From the NCBI GenBank assembly GCA_963812015.1, contig CAWETI010000003.1, positions 1,568,001-1,632,000 on the forward strand: a stretch of 64,000 bases of DNA. The letters run 5' to 3'. A model generated the notes under the pieces. It saw nothing but the letters and a program-made list of their open reading frames with translations, made no database searches and was not told the origin of the DNA. The stretch comes from an uncultured delta proteobacterium (lineage in GTDB: Bacteria > Desulfobacterota > Desulfobaccia > Desulfobaccales > 0-14-0-80-60-11). Both the position numbers and the translations under genes were made by a program. The stretch's first letter is position 1. Each line of letters opens with the position of its first letter. Positions 10,631-20,172 of the stretch are shown piece after piece.

Positions 10631-11881
10631 CTACGCTGCTTCCCGCCTTATCCGCGCCCCTAATGCTGACAGTTTTTCCACCAGTTGGGCGTAGCCCCGG
10701 TCCAGGTGGTAGACCCGGAGGACTTCAGTGGTGCCGGCCGCAGCCAGGCCGGCGATGACCAGGGAGGCGCTGGCCCTGAGGTCCGTGGCCATCACCGGGG
10801 CGCCGTGAAGTTGGCGTCGTTCCCGGACAATGGCGAGGTTGCCGGACACGGAGATATCCGCGCCCAGGCGCCGCAGTTCGCTGACGTGCATGAAGCGGTT
10901 CTCGAAAATGGTTTCGGTGATGACGCTGGCCCCTTTGGCCAGGGACATCAGGGCCATGAACTGGGCCTGCATGTCCGTGGGAAAGCCGGGGTATGGCCGG
11001 GTCTTGACGTCCACGCCGATGAGGGACCCCCCCGGCTCCACCATGATCCGGTCACCGGTGGTGCTGAGGCGCACCCCGGCTTCGTGGAACTTTTCCAGCA
11101 CCGCCGCCATGTAAGGCACCGGCGCGTTGGTGATGGTGACCTGGCCCTTGGTGATGGCCGCGGCCGCGAGATACGTCCCCGCCTCGATGCGGTCGCTCAT
11201 GATGGTATAGGAGGCCGGGGTCAGGGCCTGCACCCCATGGATGGTGAGGACGTCGGTGCCGATGCCTTCGATCTGAGCCCCCATGGCCGTGAGGAACCGG
11301 GCCAGGTCCGTCACTTCGGGCTCCTGGGCGGCGTTGACGATTCTCGTGGTCCCCTTGGCCAGGGTGGCGGCCATCATCAGGTTTTCGGTGCCGGTGACCG
11401 TGGGCAGGTCCAGGGTGATGTCGGCGCCGTGCAGCCGTTTGGCCTTGGCCTCCACATAGCCCTGGTTCAGGGTGATCTTCACCCCCATGGCCTCCAGACC
11501 CTTTAAGTGCTGGTCGATGGGCCGGGCCCCGATGGCGCAGCCGCCGGGCAGCGAGACGCTGGCCTGCCGGGCCCGGGCCACCAGGGGCCCCAGGACCAGG
11601 ACCGCGGCCCGCATGGTCTTGACCGTCTCGTAGGGGGCCATCCAGCCGGTGAGGCGGGTGGAATCCACCACCAGGGGCTCGCCGTCTTCAAACTGCACCC
11701 CCATGAGGCCCAGGAGCCGTTTGGTGGTGCGGATATCAGCCAGGGGCGGCACGTTGGCGAGCCGGTGCACCCCCGGGGCCAGCAAAGTGGCGGCGATGAT
11801 GGGCAGGGCGGCGTTCTTGGCCCCGCTGATGGAAACTTCCCCCGAAAGCGCCACTCCGCCTTCAATGACGATTTTGTCCAT
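10631..11881 (-). CDS. murA: UDP-N-acetylglucosamine enolpyruvyl transferase
   Basis: [46 protein letters not shown]. Confidence 0.98.
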   Translation of the reverse strand: MDKIVIEGGVALSGEVSISGAKNAALPIIAATLLAPGVHRLANVPPLADIRTTKRLLGLMGVQFEDGEPLVVDSTRLTGWMAPYETVKTMRAAVLVLGPLVARARQASVSLPGGCAIGARPIDQHLKGLEAMGVKITLNQGYVEAKAKRLHGADITLDLPTVTGTENLMMAATLAKGTTRIVNAAQEPEVTDLARFLTAMGAQIEGIGTDVLTIHGVQALTPASYTIMSDRIEAGTYLAAAAITKGQVTITNAPVPYMAAVLEKFHEAGVRLSTTGDRIMVEPGGSLIGVDVKTRPYPGFPTDMQAQFMALMSLAKGASVITETIFENRFMHVSELRRLGADISVSGNLAIVRERRQLHGAPVMATDLRASASLVIAGLAAAGTTEVLRVYHLDRGYAQLVEKLSALGARIRREAA

Positions 11882-11893
11882 TCAATCTTTCCG

Positions 11894-11960
11894 TGTAGGG
11901 TGGGCGCCGCCCACCATCCCGAGATTTTTTGAAAATATGGTGGGCAATGCCCACCCCACA
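11894..11960. repeat. Inverted pair of GTAG-type REP palindromes
   Basis: GTAGGGTGGGCGCCGCCCACC and GGTGGGCAATGCCCACCCCAC; similar units at ~30112-30163, 45727-45748, 47142-47162. Confidence 0.7.
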
Positions 11961-11965
11961 TTTTC

Positions 11966-12907
11966 TTATGATGGAGAATCTTCGGCCAAAAGCTCCAAGA
12001 GGCTGGGTGCCAACACTTCCCGACTGAACAGTTTGATCCGTTTTTCCGCCAGCCGGACGTACTCCGCCTCGATCTCGCAGCCGATGTAGTGCCGGTTCCC
12101 CTGGAGCGCGGCGATGGCCGTCTGCCCGCTGCCCATGAAGGGGTCCATGACCACGTCGCCCTCATAGGTATAGAGCTGGATGAGGCGGTAGGGCAGGGCC
12201 ACCGGGAAGGGTGCCGGATGACCGATGCTTCGGGCCGACACCGCCGGGAAGGTCCAGACGCTCTTGGTGAGTTCCAGGAACTCCTCCCGGGAGATGGTGG
12301 CCCGGTTTTTTGCCGGGTTTTTCCGGGAAAATCCGGCCTTAGAGAAGATCAGGATGTATTCGTGCACGTCCCGGAGGGTCGGGTTGGCCGGCGACCGCCA
12401 GCTCCCCCAGGCGGTGGACGGGGAGGCGCTGGCGGCCTTGTTCCAGATAATCTCCCCCCGCATGAGAAAGCCCATCTCCACCATGCCCTGAATAATATAG
12501 GCGTGCAGCGGGATATACGGTTTGCGGCCCAAATTAGCGATGTTGATACAGGCCCGGCCCCCGGGCACCAGAACCCGGTGGACTTCTCGCCACACCTTAA
12601 TGAGAAATTCGAGATACTCTTCTAAGGTAAGATCTTCGTCGTAGTCCTTGCCCACGTTATACGGCGGCGACGTCACCATCAGGTGGACGCTGTTATCCGG
12701 GATTTCTGCCATGGCCTCGGACGATTTCACCTGGATGGTGTTCAGGTATTCCGGCGGGATGGGATTCTCGATGTAGTCGCAGGCGACGGCCGGGGGAACC
12801 TGGGAGTAAAGTTTGCCGGCATAGAAGGCCGAGGCATCGTGGGATATTCTTCCCGAGGTGCCAAAGGCGCTGGTCCGGGTCTTCTTTTTGGCGGGATTAT
12901 TTTTCAT
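11966..12907 (-). CDS. Site-specific DNA methyltransferase (N4-C/N6-A, beta class), no cognate nuclease adjacent
   Basis: Catalytic TSPPY precedes HPAPFP and SAM-binding DPFMGSGQT. Confidence 0.92.
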   Translation of the reverse strand: MKNNPAKKKTRTSAFGTSGRISHDASAFYAGKLYSQVPPAVACDYIENPIPPEYLNTIQVKSSEAMAEIPDNSVHLMVTSPPYNVGKDYDEDLTLEEYLEFLIKVWREVHRVLVPGGRACINIANLGRKPYIPLHAYIIQGMVEMGFLMRGEIIWNKAASASPSTAWGSWRSPANPTLRDVHEYILIFSKAGFSRKNPAKNRATISREEFLELTKSVWTFPAVSARSIGHPAPFPVALPYRLIQLYTYEGDVVMDPFMGSGQTAIAALQGNRHYIGCEIEAEYVRLAEKRIKLFSREVLAPSLLELLAEDSPS

Positions 12908-13014
12908 CTACCGGGGGCGCCCCCATGTCCCTGATTTTACCTTGGTTTATCCGGGCCCTGTATGGTAGGATAATACATTGGGAAACGTAAGGCAAGGAAA
13001 GGAAATTTGCATAT

Positions 13015-13659
13015 ATGGATTGGTGGTTGTTGGCCGGGGTGCCCGTCACGTCGTTCATCGTGGCCCTTTCCGGGGCCCTGATGCCCGGCCCGCTGTTGAC
13101 CCTCACCGTGAGCGAGGCGGCCCGCCGGGGCTTCTGGGCCGGCCCCCTGATCATCGTGGGCCACGCCCTGCTGGAACTGGCCCTGGTCCTACTACTCCTG
13201 GCCGGGCTGGGGGTCTGGCTGCACCGCCCGCTGGTCTTGGGCCTGGTGGGGGTGTTGGGCGCCGCCATGCTGGGGTGGATGGGCCTGGGCCTGCTCAAGG
13301 CCTCCCGTCACAGCCACCTGCAATTCGACCCCAAGGGTGACTCGGGCCTAAACCCCATCGTGGCCGGGGTGCTGATGAGCGCCGCCAACCCTTACTGGCT
13401 GATCTGGTGGCTCACCATCGGCCTGGGCTACGTCATGTTTTCCATGAAATACGGCTGGCTGGGCGTGGGCCTCTTCTTCATCGGCCACATCCTGGCCGAC
13501 TTCGCCTGGTACACCCTGGTGTCCGGGGCGGTGTCCCAGGGGCGAAGGTTCATTTCCGATGGCCTCTACCGCGGTTTTTTGGCGGGATGCGGCGTCTTTC
13601 TCTTCGGCTTCGGAGGCTACTTCGCCGTCCAGGGTGTGAACTTTCTGCTTAATGTTTAA
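13015..13659 (+). CDS. LysE-family translocator
   Basis: ALSGALMPGP, GHALLE, ANPYWLIWW; six hydrophobic segments. Confidence 0.88.
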   Translation: MDWWLLAGVPVTSFIVALSGALMPGPLLTLTVSEAARRGFWAGPLIIVGHALLELALVLLLLAGLGVWLHRPLVLGLVGVLGAAMLGWMGLGLLKASRHSHLQFDPKGDSGLNPIVAGVLMSAANPYWLIWWLTIGLGYVMFSMKYGWLGVGLFFIGHILADFAWYTLVSGAVSQGRRFISDGLYRGFLAGCGVFLFGFGGYFAVQGVNFLLNV

Positions 13660-13736
13660 ATTGTCGGGGCGGGCCTCAGTGTCCGCTCTGTTTGAGGGCG
13701 CCCACCCAGGCGCGCCCCTCCAGGGAGCAGCCATCA

Positions 13737-14360
13737 ATGATCCAAAAAGCGCTAACCGTGGGTTTGCTGGAAGTGAATTGTTATATCCTGGGCGACGAGG
13801 AGACCCGGGAAGCCGTGGTTATCGATCCGGGGGGAGACGAAGACGAGATTCTCGACACCTTGAACCGTAACAATTTCCAATTGAAGCTGATCATCGACAC
13901 CCACGGCCATTTCGACCATGTGGACGCCAACCAGCCGCTCAAAGAAGCCACGGGGGCGAAGATCGCCATTCACGAAGCCGATGGCCAGATGCTGCACAAA
14001 CCTTCGGCGGAGGCCATGTTTTTCACCGGTAACCGCCTGCGCCTGTCCCAACCGGATATCCTGCTGAAAGAGAACGATATCCTCACCTTCGGGCAGTACC
14101 GACTGAAGGTCCTCCATACCCCGGGACATACCCCGGGGGGCATCAGCCTGGTGCTGGAAGACCACCCGTATGTCTACGTGGGCGACCTGCTCTTTGCCGG
14201 CTCCATCGGCCGCACCGATTTTCCCGGCGGCAGCTACGACGACCTGATCAACGCGGTGAAAACCAAGATCTTCCCCCTGGGGGATAACTACACCGTCTAC
14301 CCCGGCCACGGCCCCGTAACCACCGTAGCCCAGGAACGCAAGTATAACCCGTTTTTCTAG
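13737..14360 (+). CDS. MBL-fold metallo-hydrolase (glyoxalase II-like)
   Basis: NCYI, IDPG, THGHFDH, HTPGHTPG, GSIGRTD, PGHG, ERKYNPF. Confidence 0.92.
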   Translation: MIQKALTVGLLEVNCYILGDEETREAVVIDPGGDEDEILDTLNRNNFQLKLIIDTHGHFDHVDANQPLKEATGAKIAIHEADGQMLHKPSAEAMFFTGNRLRLSQPDILLKENDILTFGQYRLKVLHTPGHTPGGISLVLEDHPYVYVGDLLFAGSIGRTDFPGGSYDDLINAVKTKIFPLGDNYTVYPGHGPVTTVAQERKYNPFF

Positions 14361-14511
14361 GGGAGGGGGCCAGGGGCTTTTTCGTAAGCGGCCCCTGCCC
14401 CCTCCCCTAAGACCCCTCCCCCAACCCCTTACAGGGGGTTGGGAGGGAGGCCCGGAGGGAGGGCGGGGGAATTGACTCCCCCCGGCCCTCCCTCCGGAAA
14501 AGGTTCTTCTT

Positions 14512-15732
14512 ATGACTTTCTCTGGTAAGCGCATCTTATTAGGGGTGACGGGCGGCATTGCGGCGTACAAGGCGGCGGAGGTGGCCCGGCGGCTCATCGG
14601 TTGCGGCGCCCTGGTCAAGGTGGTGATGACCCGGTCGGCCCAGGAGTTCGTGGGCCCGTTGACGTTTGCGGCTCTGACTGGAGAGCAGGTGGGGACCGGG
14701 CTCTGGGGAGCCGGCAGCGAGCCGTTGGAGCACGTGGCCCTGGGGCAGGAGGTGGACGCTATCGTGGTGGCCCCGGCCACCGCCAATTTCATCGGCAAGG
14801 TGGCTTCGGGGATCGGGGACGATTTGCTCACCACCATCATGTTGGCGTCCACCCGGCCGGTGCTGATCTGCCCGGCCATGAACGTCGAGATGTGGGCCAA
14901 CCTGGTGGTCCAGGGGAATCTGGCCCGGCTCAAAGGCCGGGGTCTGATGGTGATGGAGCCGGCCGCCGGTCCCCTGGCATGCGGGGCAGTGGGACTGGGC
15001 CGCATGCCGGAGCCCGACCAGGTGGTGGAAGCCTGCGCCCGCCTTCTTAGTTCCCAAGATCTGGAGGGGCGAAGGATTTTGGTTACGGCCGGGCCCACCC
15101 ATGAAGATTTCGACCCGGTGCGGTTTTTAACCAACCGTTCCAGCGGCAAGCAGGGCTATGCCCTGGCCCGGGTGGCTTGGCGACGGGGCGCGGCGGTCAC
15201 CCTGGTGAGCGGTCCTACCAGCCTGCCGGCGCCTTACGGGGTGCACCTGGTCCAGGTCCGCTCCGCCCGGGACATGCAGGTCGCGGTGGTTGAGGCCTTC
15301 CCGGAAGCCGACGCCCTCTTGATGGCCGCGGCGGTGAGCGACTACCGGCCCACCCAGGCGGAAATCCGGAAGATCAAGCGGGCCTATGAGGAGATGCAGT
15401 TTCATCTCACCCAGAACCCCGACATCCTGAAGCAGGTGGCCCCGCTAAAAAACCGGCAGATCGTGGTGGGGTTCGCGGCCGAGACCCATGATATCGAGGC
15501 CGAGGCCCGCCGCAAGATGCGGGAAAAGCACCTGGACCTCATTGTGGCCAACGACGTCAACCGGCCGGATTCCGGGTTCCAGGTGGACACCAACGAAGTC
15601 ACCCTCATGCCCCGGGAAGGCGAGGCGCTGCCTCTGCCCCTGTTGAGCAAGGAGGAGGTGGCGGCAAAGATTCTGGACCGGGTGGTGGACCTGTTGAACG
15701 CCCGGGACCGGGGGCTTGACAAAGATGCCTGA
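14512..15732 (+). CDS. coaBC: Bifunctional phosphopantothenoylcysteine decarboxylase/ligase
   Basis: GVTGGIAAYK, APATAN, PAMN, TAGPT..DPVRFLTNRSSGKQG, GFAAET, ANDV. Confidence 0.97.
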   Translation: MTFSGKRILLGVTGGIAAYKAAEVARRLIGCGALVKVVMTRSAQEFVGPLTFAALTGEQVGTGLWGAGSEPLEHVALGQEVDAIVVAPATANFIGKVASGIGDDLLTTIMLASTRPVLICPAMNVEMWANLVVQGNLARLKGRGLMVMEPAAGPLACGAVGLGRMPEPDQVVEACARLLSSQDLEGRRILVTAGPTHEDFDPVRFLTNRSSGKQGYALARVAWRRGAAVTLVSGPTSLPAPYGVHLVQVRSARDMQVAVVEAFPEADALLMAAAVSDYRPTQAEIRKIKRAYEEMQFHLTQNPDILKQVAPLKNRQIVVGFAAETHDIEAEARRKMREKHLDLIVANDVNRPDSGFQVDTNEVTLMPREGEALPLPLLSKEEVAAKILDRVVDLLNARDRGLDKDA

Positions 15733-16423
15733 AGACCCGGTCAAGGAACTGGCGGAATTGGTGGACAATCTGTCCGGCTGGCTCCGCTATCAACGGCGTC
15801 TGGGATGGCGGGGCCTGCCGGGGAAGGTTGTGGCTCAAATTAAAGACAGTGAGCAGCCGTATGAAAAAACCCTGGAGGAGATTCGGGCCGAGATGGGGGA
15901 GTGCCGCCGGTGCAAGCTGTATGCCGGCCGCACCCATCTGGTATTCGGCGACGGGGCCTCCGACGCCCGGCTGATGTTCGTGGGGGAGGCCCCGGGGGCC
16001 GACGAGGACGCCCAGGGAGTGCCCTTTGTGGGGGCCGCGGGAAAACTCTTGAACAATATGCTCGACAAGCTGGGCCTGCGCCGGGAAGAGGTCTACATCG
16101 CCAATATCGTCAAGAGCCGGCCCCCGGGAAACCGGGACCCCGAGGCCGACGAAATTGCCGCCTGCCTGCCTTTCCTGGAAAAGCAGATCAAGGCCATCCG
16201 GCCAAGGGTGATTGTCACCCTGGGGCGCATTGCCACCCACGCCTTGTTGGGCACCAAGGAACCTCTGACCCGGTTGCGGGGAAACTGGCAACGGTACCAT
16301 GACATCCGGGTGATGCCCACGTTTCACCCCTCTTACCTGCTGCGGGCCCCCCAGGAGCGGCGTAAAACCTGGGACGACATGCAGCAGGTCATGGAATATC
16401 TGGCGGCGCATGAAGAAAATTAA
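15725..16423 (+). CDS. Family-4 uracil-DNA glycosylase ([4Fe-4S])
   Basis: CRRCKL, GEAPG..ED..G.PFVG, RPPGNRDP, TFHPSYLLR. Confidence 0.93.
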   Translation: MPEDPVKELAELVDNLSGWLRYQRRLGWRGLPGKVVAQIKDSEQPYEKTLEEIRAEMGECRRCKLYAGRTHLVFGDGASDARLMFVGEAPGADEDAQGVPFVGAAGKLLNNMLDKLGLRREEVYIANIVKSRPPGNRDPEADEIAACLPFLEKQIKAIRPRVIVTLGRIATHALLGTKEPLTRLRGNWQRYHDIRVMPTFHPSYLLRAPQERRKTWDDMQQVMEYLAAHEEN

Positions 16424-17798
16424 CCAGAGATTTTTGGAAAAACGCCTTGGAGAGAAGGGGCCAGGGTCTTTTTGTCAGTGTCCCTCCCTCCTCCCCTCAA
16501 AAGACTTGTTTAGAGGTTTTTGTCTGCTCATAGCCTTGCTGCTGGTGCTGCTCCTGGCCGGCGGGGCGGCCGGGGCGGCTGCGCCCCGGGCGGTTTACGT
16601 GCTCCGGGCGGTGGGCTCCATCAATCCGGGGCTGGGGGAATTCATGATGGAAGGCATCCGCCAGGCGGAGCGTGAAAACGCCGCAGCCCTGGTGATAGAG
16701 CTGGACACCCCCGGCGGTCTGGAAACCTCCATGCGCCAAATGGTCCAGGCCATCAGCAATGCCAGGGTCCCGGTGATCGTCTACGTCTATCCCCGGGGGG
16801 CCCGGGCCGCCTCGGCCGGGGTCTTCATCACCCTGGCGGCGGACGTGGCGGCCATGGCCCCGGGCACCAATATCGGCGCGGCCCACCCGGTCTCCGTCGG
16901 CATGGGCAAGATCGACAAGACCATGGAGAAGAAGATCCTTAACGACATGGTGGCGTTTGGGCGTTCCCTGGCCGCCGAACGGGGCCGCAACGCCGAGTGG
17001 ATGGAAAAGGCCGTCCGCCAGAGCGTCTCCATCGCCGCCAGCGAGGCCGTGAAGCTCAAGGTCGTGGACCTTATGGCGGATAATCTGGAAGACCTGCTCA
17101 CTAAGATCAACGGCCGGAATGTGGAGGTGGGAGGCAAAAAGCTGGTCCTCCACACCGTGGGGGTGCCCGTCAAGGAGATCCCCGAAGGGATGCGTTTCCG
17201 GGTGTTGAAGTACATTGCCGACCCCAACATCGCCTTTATCCTGATGATGGTCGGCCTGGCGGGCATCTATTTCGAGTTCGCCCATCCGGGAGTGGTGCTC
17301 CCCGGGGTCATCGGCGCCATCTGCCTGCTCTTGGCTTTTTTCGCCTTTCAGACCCTGCCTATCAATATTATCGGTATCCTATTGATCTTCCTGGCGTTTA
17401 TTTTCTTCATCCTGGAATTTAAAATCACCAGCTACGGCCTGCTGTCCGTGGCCGGGTTGGTCTCCCTGTTGTTAGGGGGTATGATGTTGTTTCATGGAGG
17501 TGAAGGAGGCGTGGATATTTCCTGGAGTGTCTTGATTCCTACGGTGGCCATCGTCTCTCTGTTCTTTATCATGGTGGCCGGGATTGTCTTTCGCAGCCAC
17601 CGGCGGCGTTCCACGACCGGCGCCGCCGGCATGGTGGGGGTGCGAGGCACGGCCTACACCCCTCTGAACCCGGAAGGGCAGGTCTTTGTCCACGGCGAGT
17701 ACTGGCAGGCTGTGAGTGACGAGCCCATTGCCAAAGGGGAAGCCGTGGTGGTGTTGGAGGTAGTGGATTTGAAGCTCCGGGTGCGCCGGGCTCAATAA
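16410..17798 (+). CDS. nfeD: NfeD-family membrane-bound ClpP-class protease
   Basis: LDTPGG, AASAG, GAAHPV, TM region, C-terminal OB fold G.V.VHGEYW.A; start uncertain. Confidence 0.92.
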   Translation: MKKINQRFLEKRLGEKGPGSFCQCPSLLPSKDLFRGFCLLIALLLVLLLAGGAAGAAAPRAVYVLRAVGSINPGLGEFMMEGIRQAERENAAALVIELDTPGGLETSMRQMVQAISNARVPVIVYVYPRGARAASAGVFITLAADVAAMAPGTNIGAAHPVSVGMGKIDKTMEKKILNDMVAFGRSLAAERGRNAEWMEKAVRQSVSIAASEAVKLKVVDLMADNLEDLLTKINGRNVEVGGKKLVLHTVGVPVKEIPEGMRFRVLKYIADPNIAFILMMVGLAGIYFEFAHPGVVLPGVIGAICLLLAFFAFQTLPINIIGILLIFLAFIFFILEFKITSYGLLSVAGLVSLLLGGMMLFHGGEGGVDISWSVLIPTVAIVSLFFIMVAGIVFRSHRRRSTTGAAGMVGVRGTAYTPLNPEGQVFVHGEYWQAVSDEPIAKGEAVVVLEVVDLKLRVRRAQ

Positions 17799-17810
17799 AA
17801 GGAGGCAGGC

Positions 17811-18620
17811 ATGTTTCAGTATCTTTCCGGTACTCTTCTCTTTGTCATCATCATCGCGGTGTTCTTCCTGATGAGCGCCATCAAGATCTTGAATGAATTC
17901 GAACGGGGCGTGATCTTCCGGTTGGGGCGGGCTCTGCCCTATCCCAAGGGGCCGGGGCTGATCCTCTTGATCCCCATGATCGACCGGCTGGTCAAAGTCA
18001 ACCTGCAGCTGGTGACCTATGACGTCCCCCCCCAGGACATCATCACCCGGGACAATGTCACCATGAAGGTGAACGCGGTGGTCTATTTCCGGGTCATCGA
18101 CCCACTGAAGGCGATCATCGAGGTCCGGGATTACTGGAATGCCACCCAGTTGCTGGCCCAGACCACCCTCCGGAGCGTCTGCGGCCAGGTGGAGCTGGAC
18201 GAATTGCTCTCGGCCCGGGAAAAAGTCAACGCCCAACTGGCGGAGATCCTGGACAAACATACCGATCCCTGGGGCATCAAAGTGACCCTGGTGGAACTCC
18301 GGGCCATCGACCTGCCCATCGAGATGCAGCGGGCCATGGCCAAGCAGGCCGAGGCCGAGCGGGAACGGCGGGGCAAGGTGATCAACGCCGAGGGCGAATT
18401 TCAGGCCGCCGCCAAGATGGCCGAAGCCGCCCATGTCATGGCCGCCGAGCCCATGTCTCTGCAACTGCGCTACCTCCAGACCTTAAGGGAGATCGCCGCG
18501 GAGAAGAACTCCACCACCCTGTTCCCCATCCCCATCGACCTGATTACCCCCTTCATCAAGATGGCGAACCGGTGGGAGAGGTTGGAGGAGGAGAAGGAGA
18601 AGGAGCAGGAGAAGGGGTAA
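17811..18620 (+). CDS. SPFH/stomatin (slipin) family protein
   Basis: [49 protein letters not shown]; paired with nfeD. Confidence 0.95.
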   Translation: MFQYLSGTLLFVIIIAVFFLMSAIKILNEFERGVIFRLGRALPYPKGPGLILLIPMIDRLVKVNLQLVTYDVPPQDIITRDNVTMKVNAVVYFRVIDPLKAIIEVRDYWNATQLLAQTTLRSVCGQVELDELLSAREKVNAQLAEILDKHTDPWGIKVTLVELRAIDLPIEMQRAMAKQAEAERERRGKVINAEGEFQAAAKMAEAAHVMAAEPMSLQLRYLQTLREIAAEKNSTTLFPIPIDLITPFIKMANRWERLEEEKEKEQEKG

Positions 18621-18891
18621 GAAGTTTGCCAGCCGGCTGAAAATTTGTCATCCGGAACGGAGTGGCAGATAAAGAACATAAATTTTCGGTTTTCTGTAAG
18701 GGGCCGATGCCCCGGATGGCTCTTTAAGGTTGAGGAATCGGCGAAATATCGGTAAAGTTAAGGGAACGCTGGGGAAAAAGCTCCGGCTGGCGGGGCGCCG
18801 GGAGCCGGGGTCCGGTGCGGAAACCAAAATAATCTAAAAGGGTAGGGGGGGTAATCCTGCCCCTACCAGAAAATACCACAGGAGAGACAGC

Positions 18892-19224
18892 ATGGCCAAA
18901 AAGGAACGCAAAGAGAAAAAGGAAAAACCCCTGGACAAGATGACCGCCACGGAAATGCGGAAGTACGCCCTGGACCTGGGAGAGATCAGCGGGGTGCACG
19001 GCATGAATAAAGAGGAGTTGTTGAGCGCCATCAAGCAGGTGAAGGGCATCAAGGATGAAGGCAAGGTCACCGAGAAGGTCAGCATGCGGGACTTGAAGGA
19101 AAAAGCCGCCGCGATGCGGGCCAAAAAACTGGCAGCCATCGCCGCCGGAGAACCCCAGGTGAAGATCGATATCCTGCGCAAGAAAGCCAACCGCATGAAG
19201 AAGCGCACCCGCCGGGCGGCGTGA
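18892..19224 (+). CDS. Small basic protein with a Rho N-terminal-like domain
   Basis: LDKMTATEMRKYA..I.GVHGMNKEELL.AI resembles the Rho N-terminal helical domain; Lys/Arg-rich C-terminal helix; AGGAG RBS. Confidence 0.7.
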   Translation: MAKKERKEKKEKPLDKMTATEMRKYALDLGEISGVHGMNKEELLSAIKQVKGIKDEGKVTEKVSMRDLKEKAAAMRAKKLAAIAAGEPQVKIDILRKKANRMKKRTRRAA

Positions 19225-19247
19225 TTTTGCCCGCATAAGATATTTTT

Positions 19248-19280
19248 ATCAAGGTAGGGGCGGGTTTTAAACTCGCCCCT
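19248..19280 (+). repeat. GTAG-type REP palindrome (GTAGGGGCGGGTTTnAAACCCGCCCCT)
   Basis: Copies at 19254, 33374-33402 (minus) and 45660-45688; relatives at 18842, 50290-50313, 62340. Confidence 0.75.
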
Positions 19281-19300
19281 TTGCAGTTTGGAGATGAGCC

Positions 19301-19498
19301 ATGAAATATCTGGTGGTGCTTAAGAAGACCGAGGAAGGCTATAGTGTTTCCTGCCCGGGATTGCCTGGATGTTGGTCCCAAGGCGAAACCGAAGCGGAAG
19401 CCATGGAGAATATTCAAGATGCCATCCAGGAATATTTGGCTGCCGTAACTCAATCAGTTCGGGGCGAGGATGTGCGGGAAATTGACGTTGCTGGGTGA
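19301..19498 (+). CDS. hicB: HicB-family antitoxin
   Basis: GYSVSCPGLPGCWSQGETEAEAMENIQDAI. Confidence 0.92.
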   Translation: MKYLVVLKKTEEGYSVSCPGLPGCWSQGETEAEAMENIQDAIQEYLAAVTQSVRGEDVREIDVAG

Positions 19499-19500
19499 GT

Positions 19501-19716
19501 ATGCCGAAGATTCCCGGCATTAACCATCTTCAAGCCATCAGGGCTTTGAGAAGAGCAGGTTTCCGGCTGGTGCGTCAGGGTCGAAAACATGTGGTCCTGT
19601 CTAATGGCATTCGCTTTTTGACTATTCCCCGTCATAATCCCATCAATGGCTATACCATGGGCGGGATCGTGCGTGATGCGGGATTGAGCGTAGATGAGTT
19701 CCTTGATTTGCTTTAA
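19501..19716 (+). CDS. hicA: HicA-family toxin (mRNA interferase)
   Basis: AIRALRRAGF.LVRQG.KH, LTIPRH, TMGGIVRDAGLSVDEF; start 19495 or 19501. Confidence 0.9.
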   Translation: MPKIPGINHLQAIRALRRAGFRLVRQGRKHVVLSNGIRFLTIPRHNPINGYTMGGIVRDAGLSVDEFLDLL

Positions 19717-19946
19717 CGATATCTTGCCCAAGAAATCCAACCCTTGGCAGTAACCTTTTCTGCCGTTCCCACCCATTAAGGTATTCCGTTTCTTAAAATC
19801 AGGGTTTTGCCGCGGTTAATCCGGTTTGCCCTGATTTTCCTTCAAGAGGTTTTCTCCTAATGTGTCACTACTTGCCCCAGTACCCCTCGTAAGGCGCCGC
19901 GGGCATGAGTTCCCCCTCAACCGCCCCTACCCCCGGGGCGAACCCG

Positions 19947-19978
19947 GCCCCGGTCTCACCCGAGACCGGGGCTTTTTT
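19947..19978 (+). terminator. Intrinsic terminator
   Basis: GCCCCGGTCTC-ACCC-GAGACCGGGGC followed by T6. Confidence 0.8.
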
Positions 19979-20172
19979 GTCCGGGGGGCCACACAGGTGT
20001 GCCCCTCCGCACAATTCATTCATTTTCGACTGCAACCCGGTATTGCCGGGCCTCATTACTCCGCCATAAGAACAATCCACCCGGATACGAACTCTTTCAT
20101 GATTTATGCGGGGAAAAAGAAAGGGCCAGGGGAACGGCCCCTGACCCTGAGGATTTCGCTAGGCTTATGGGT

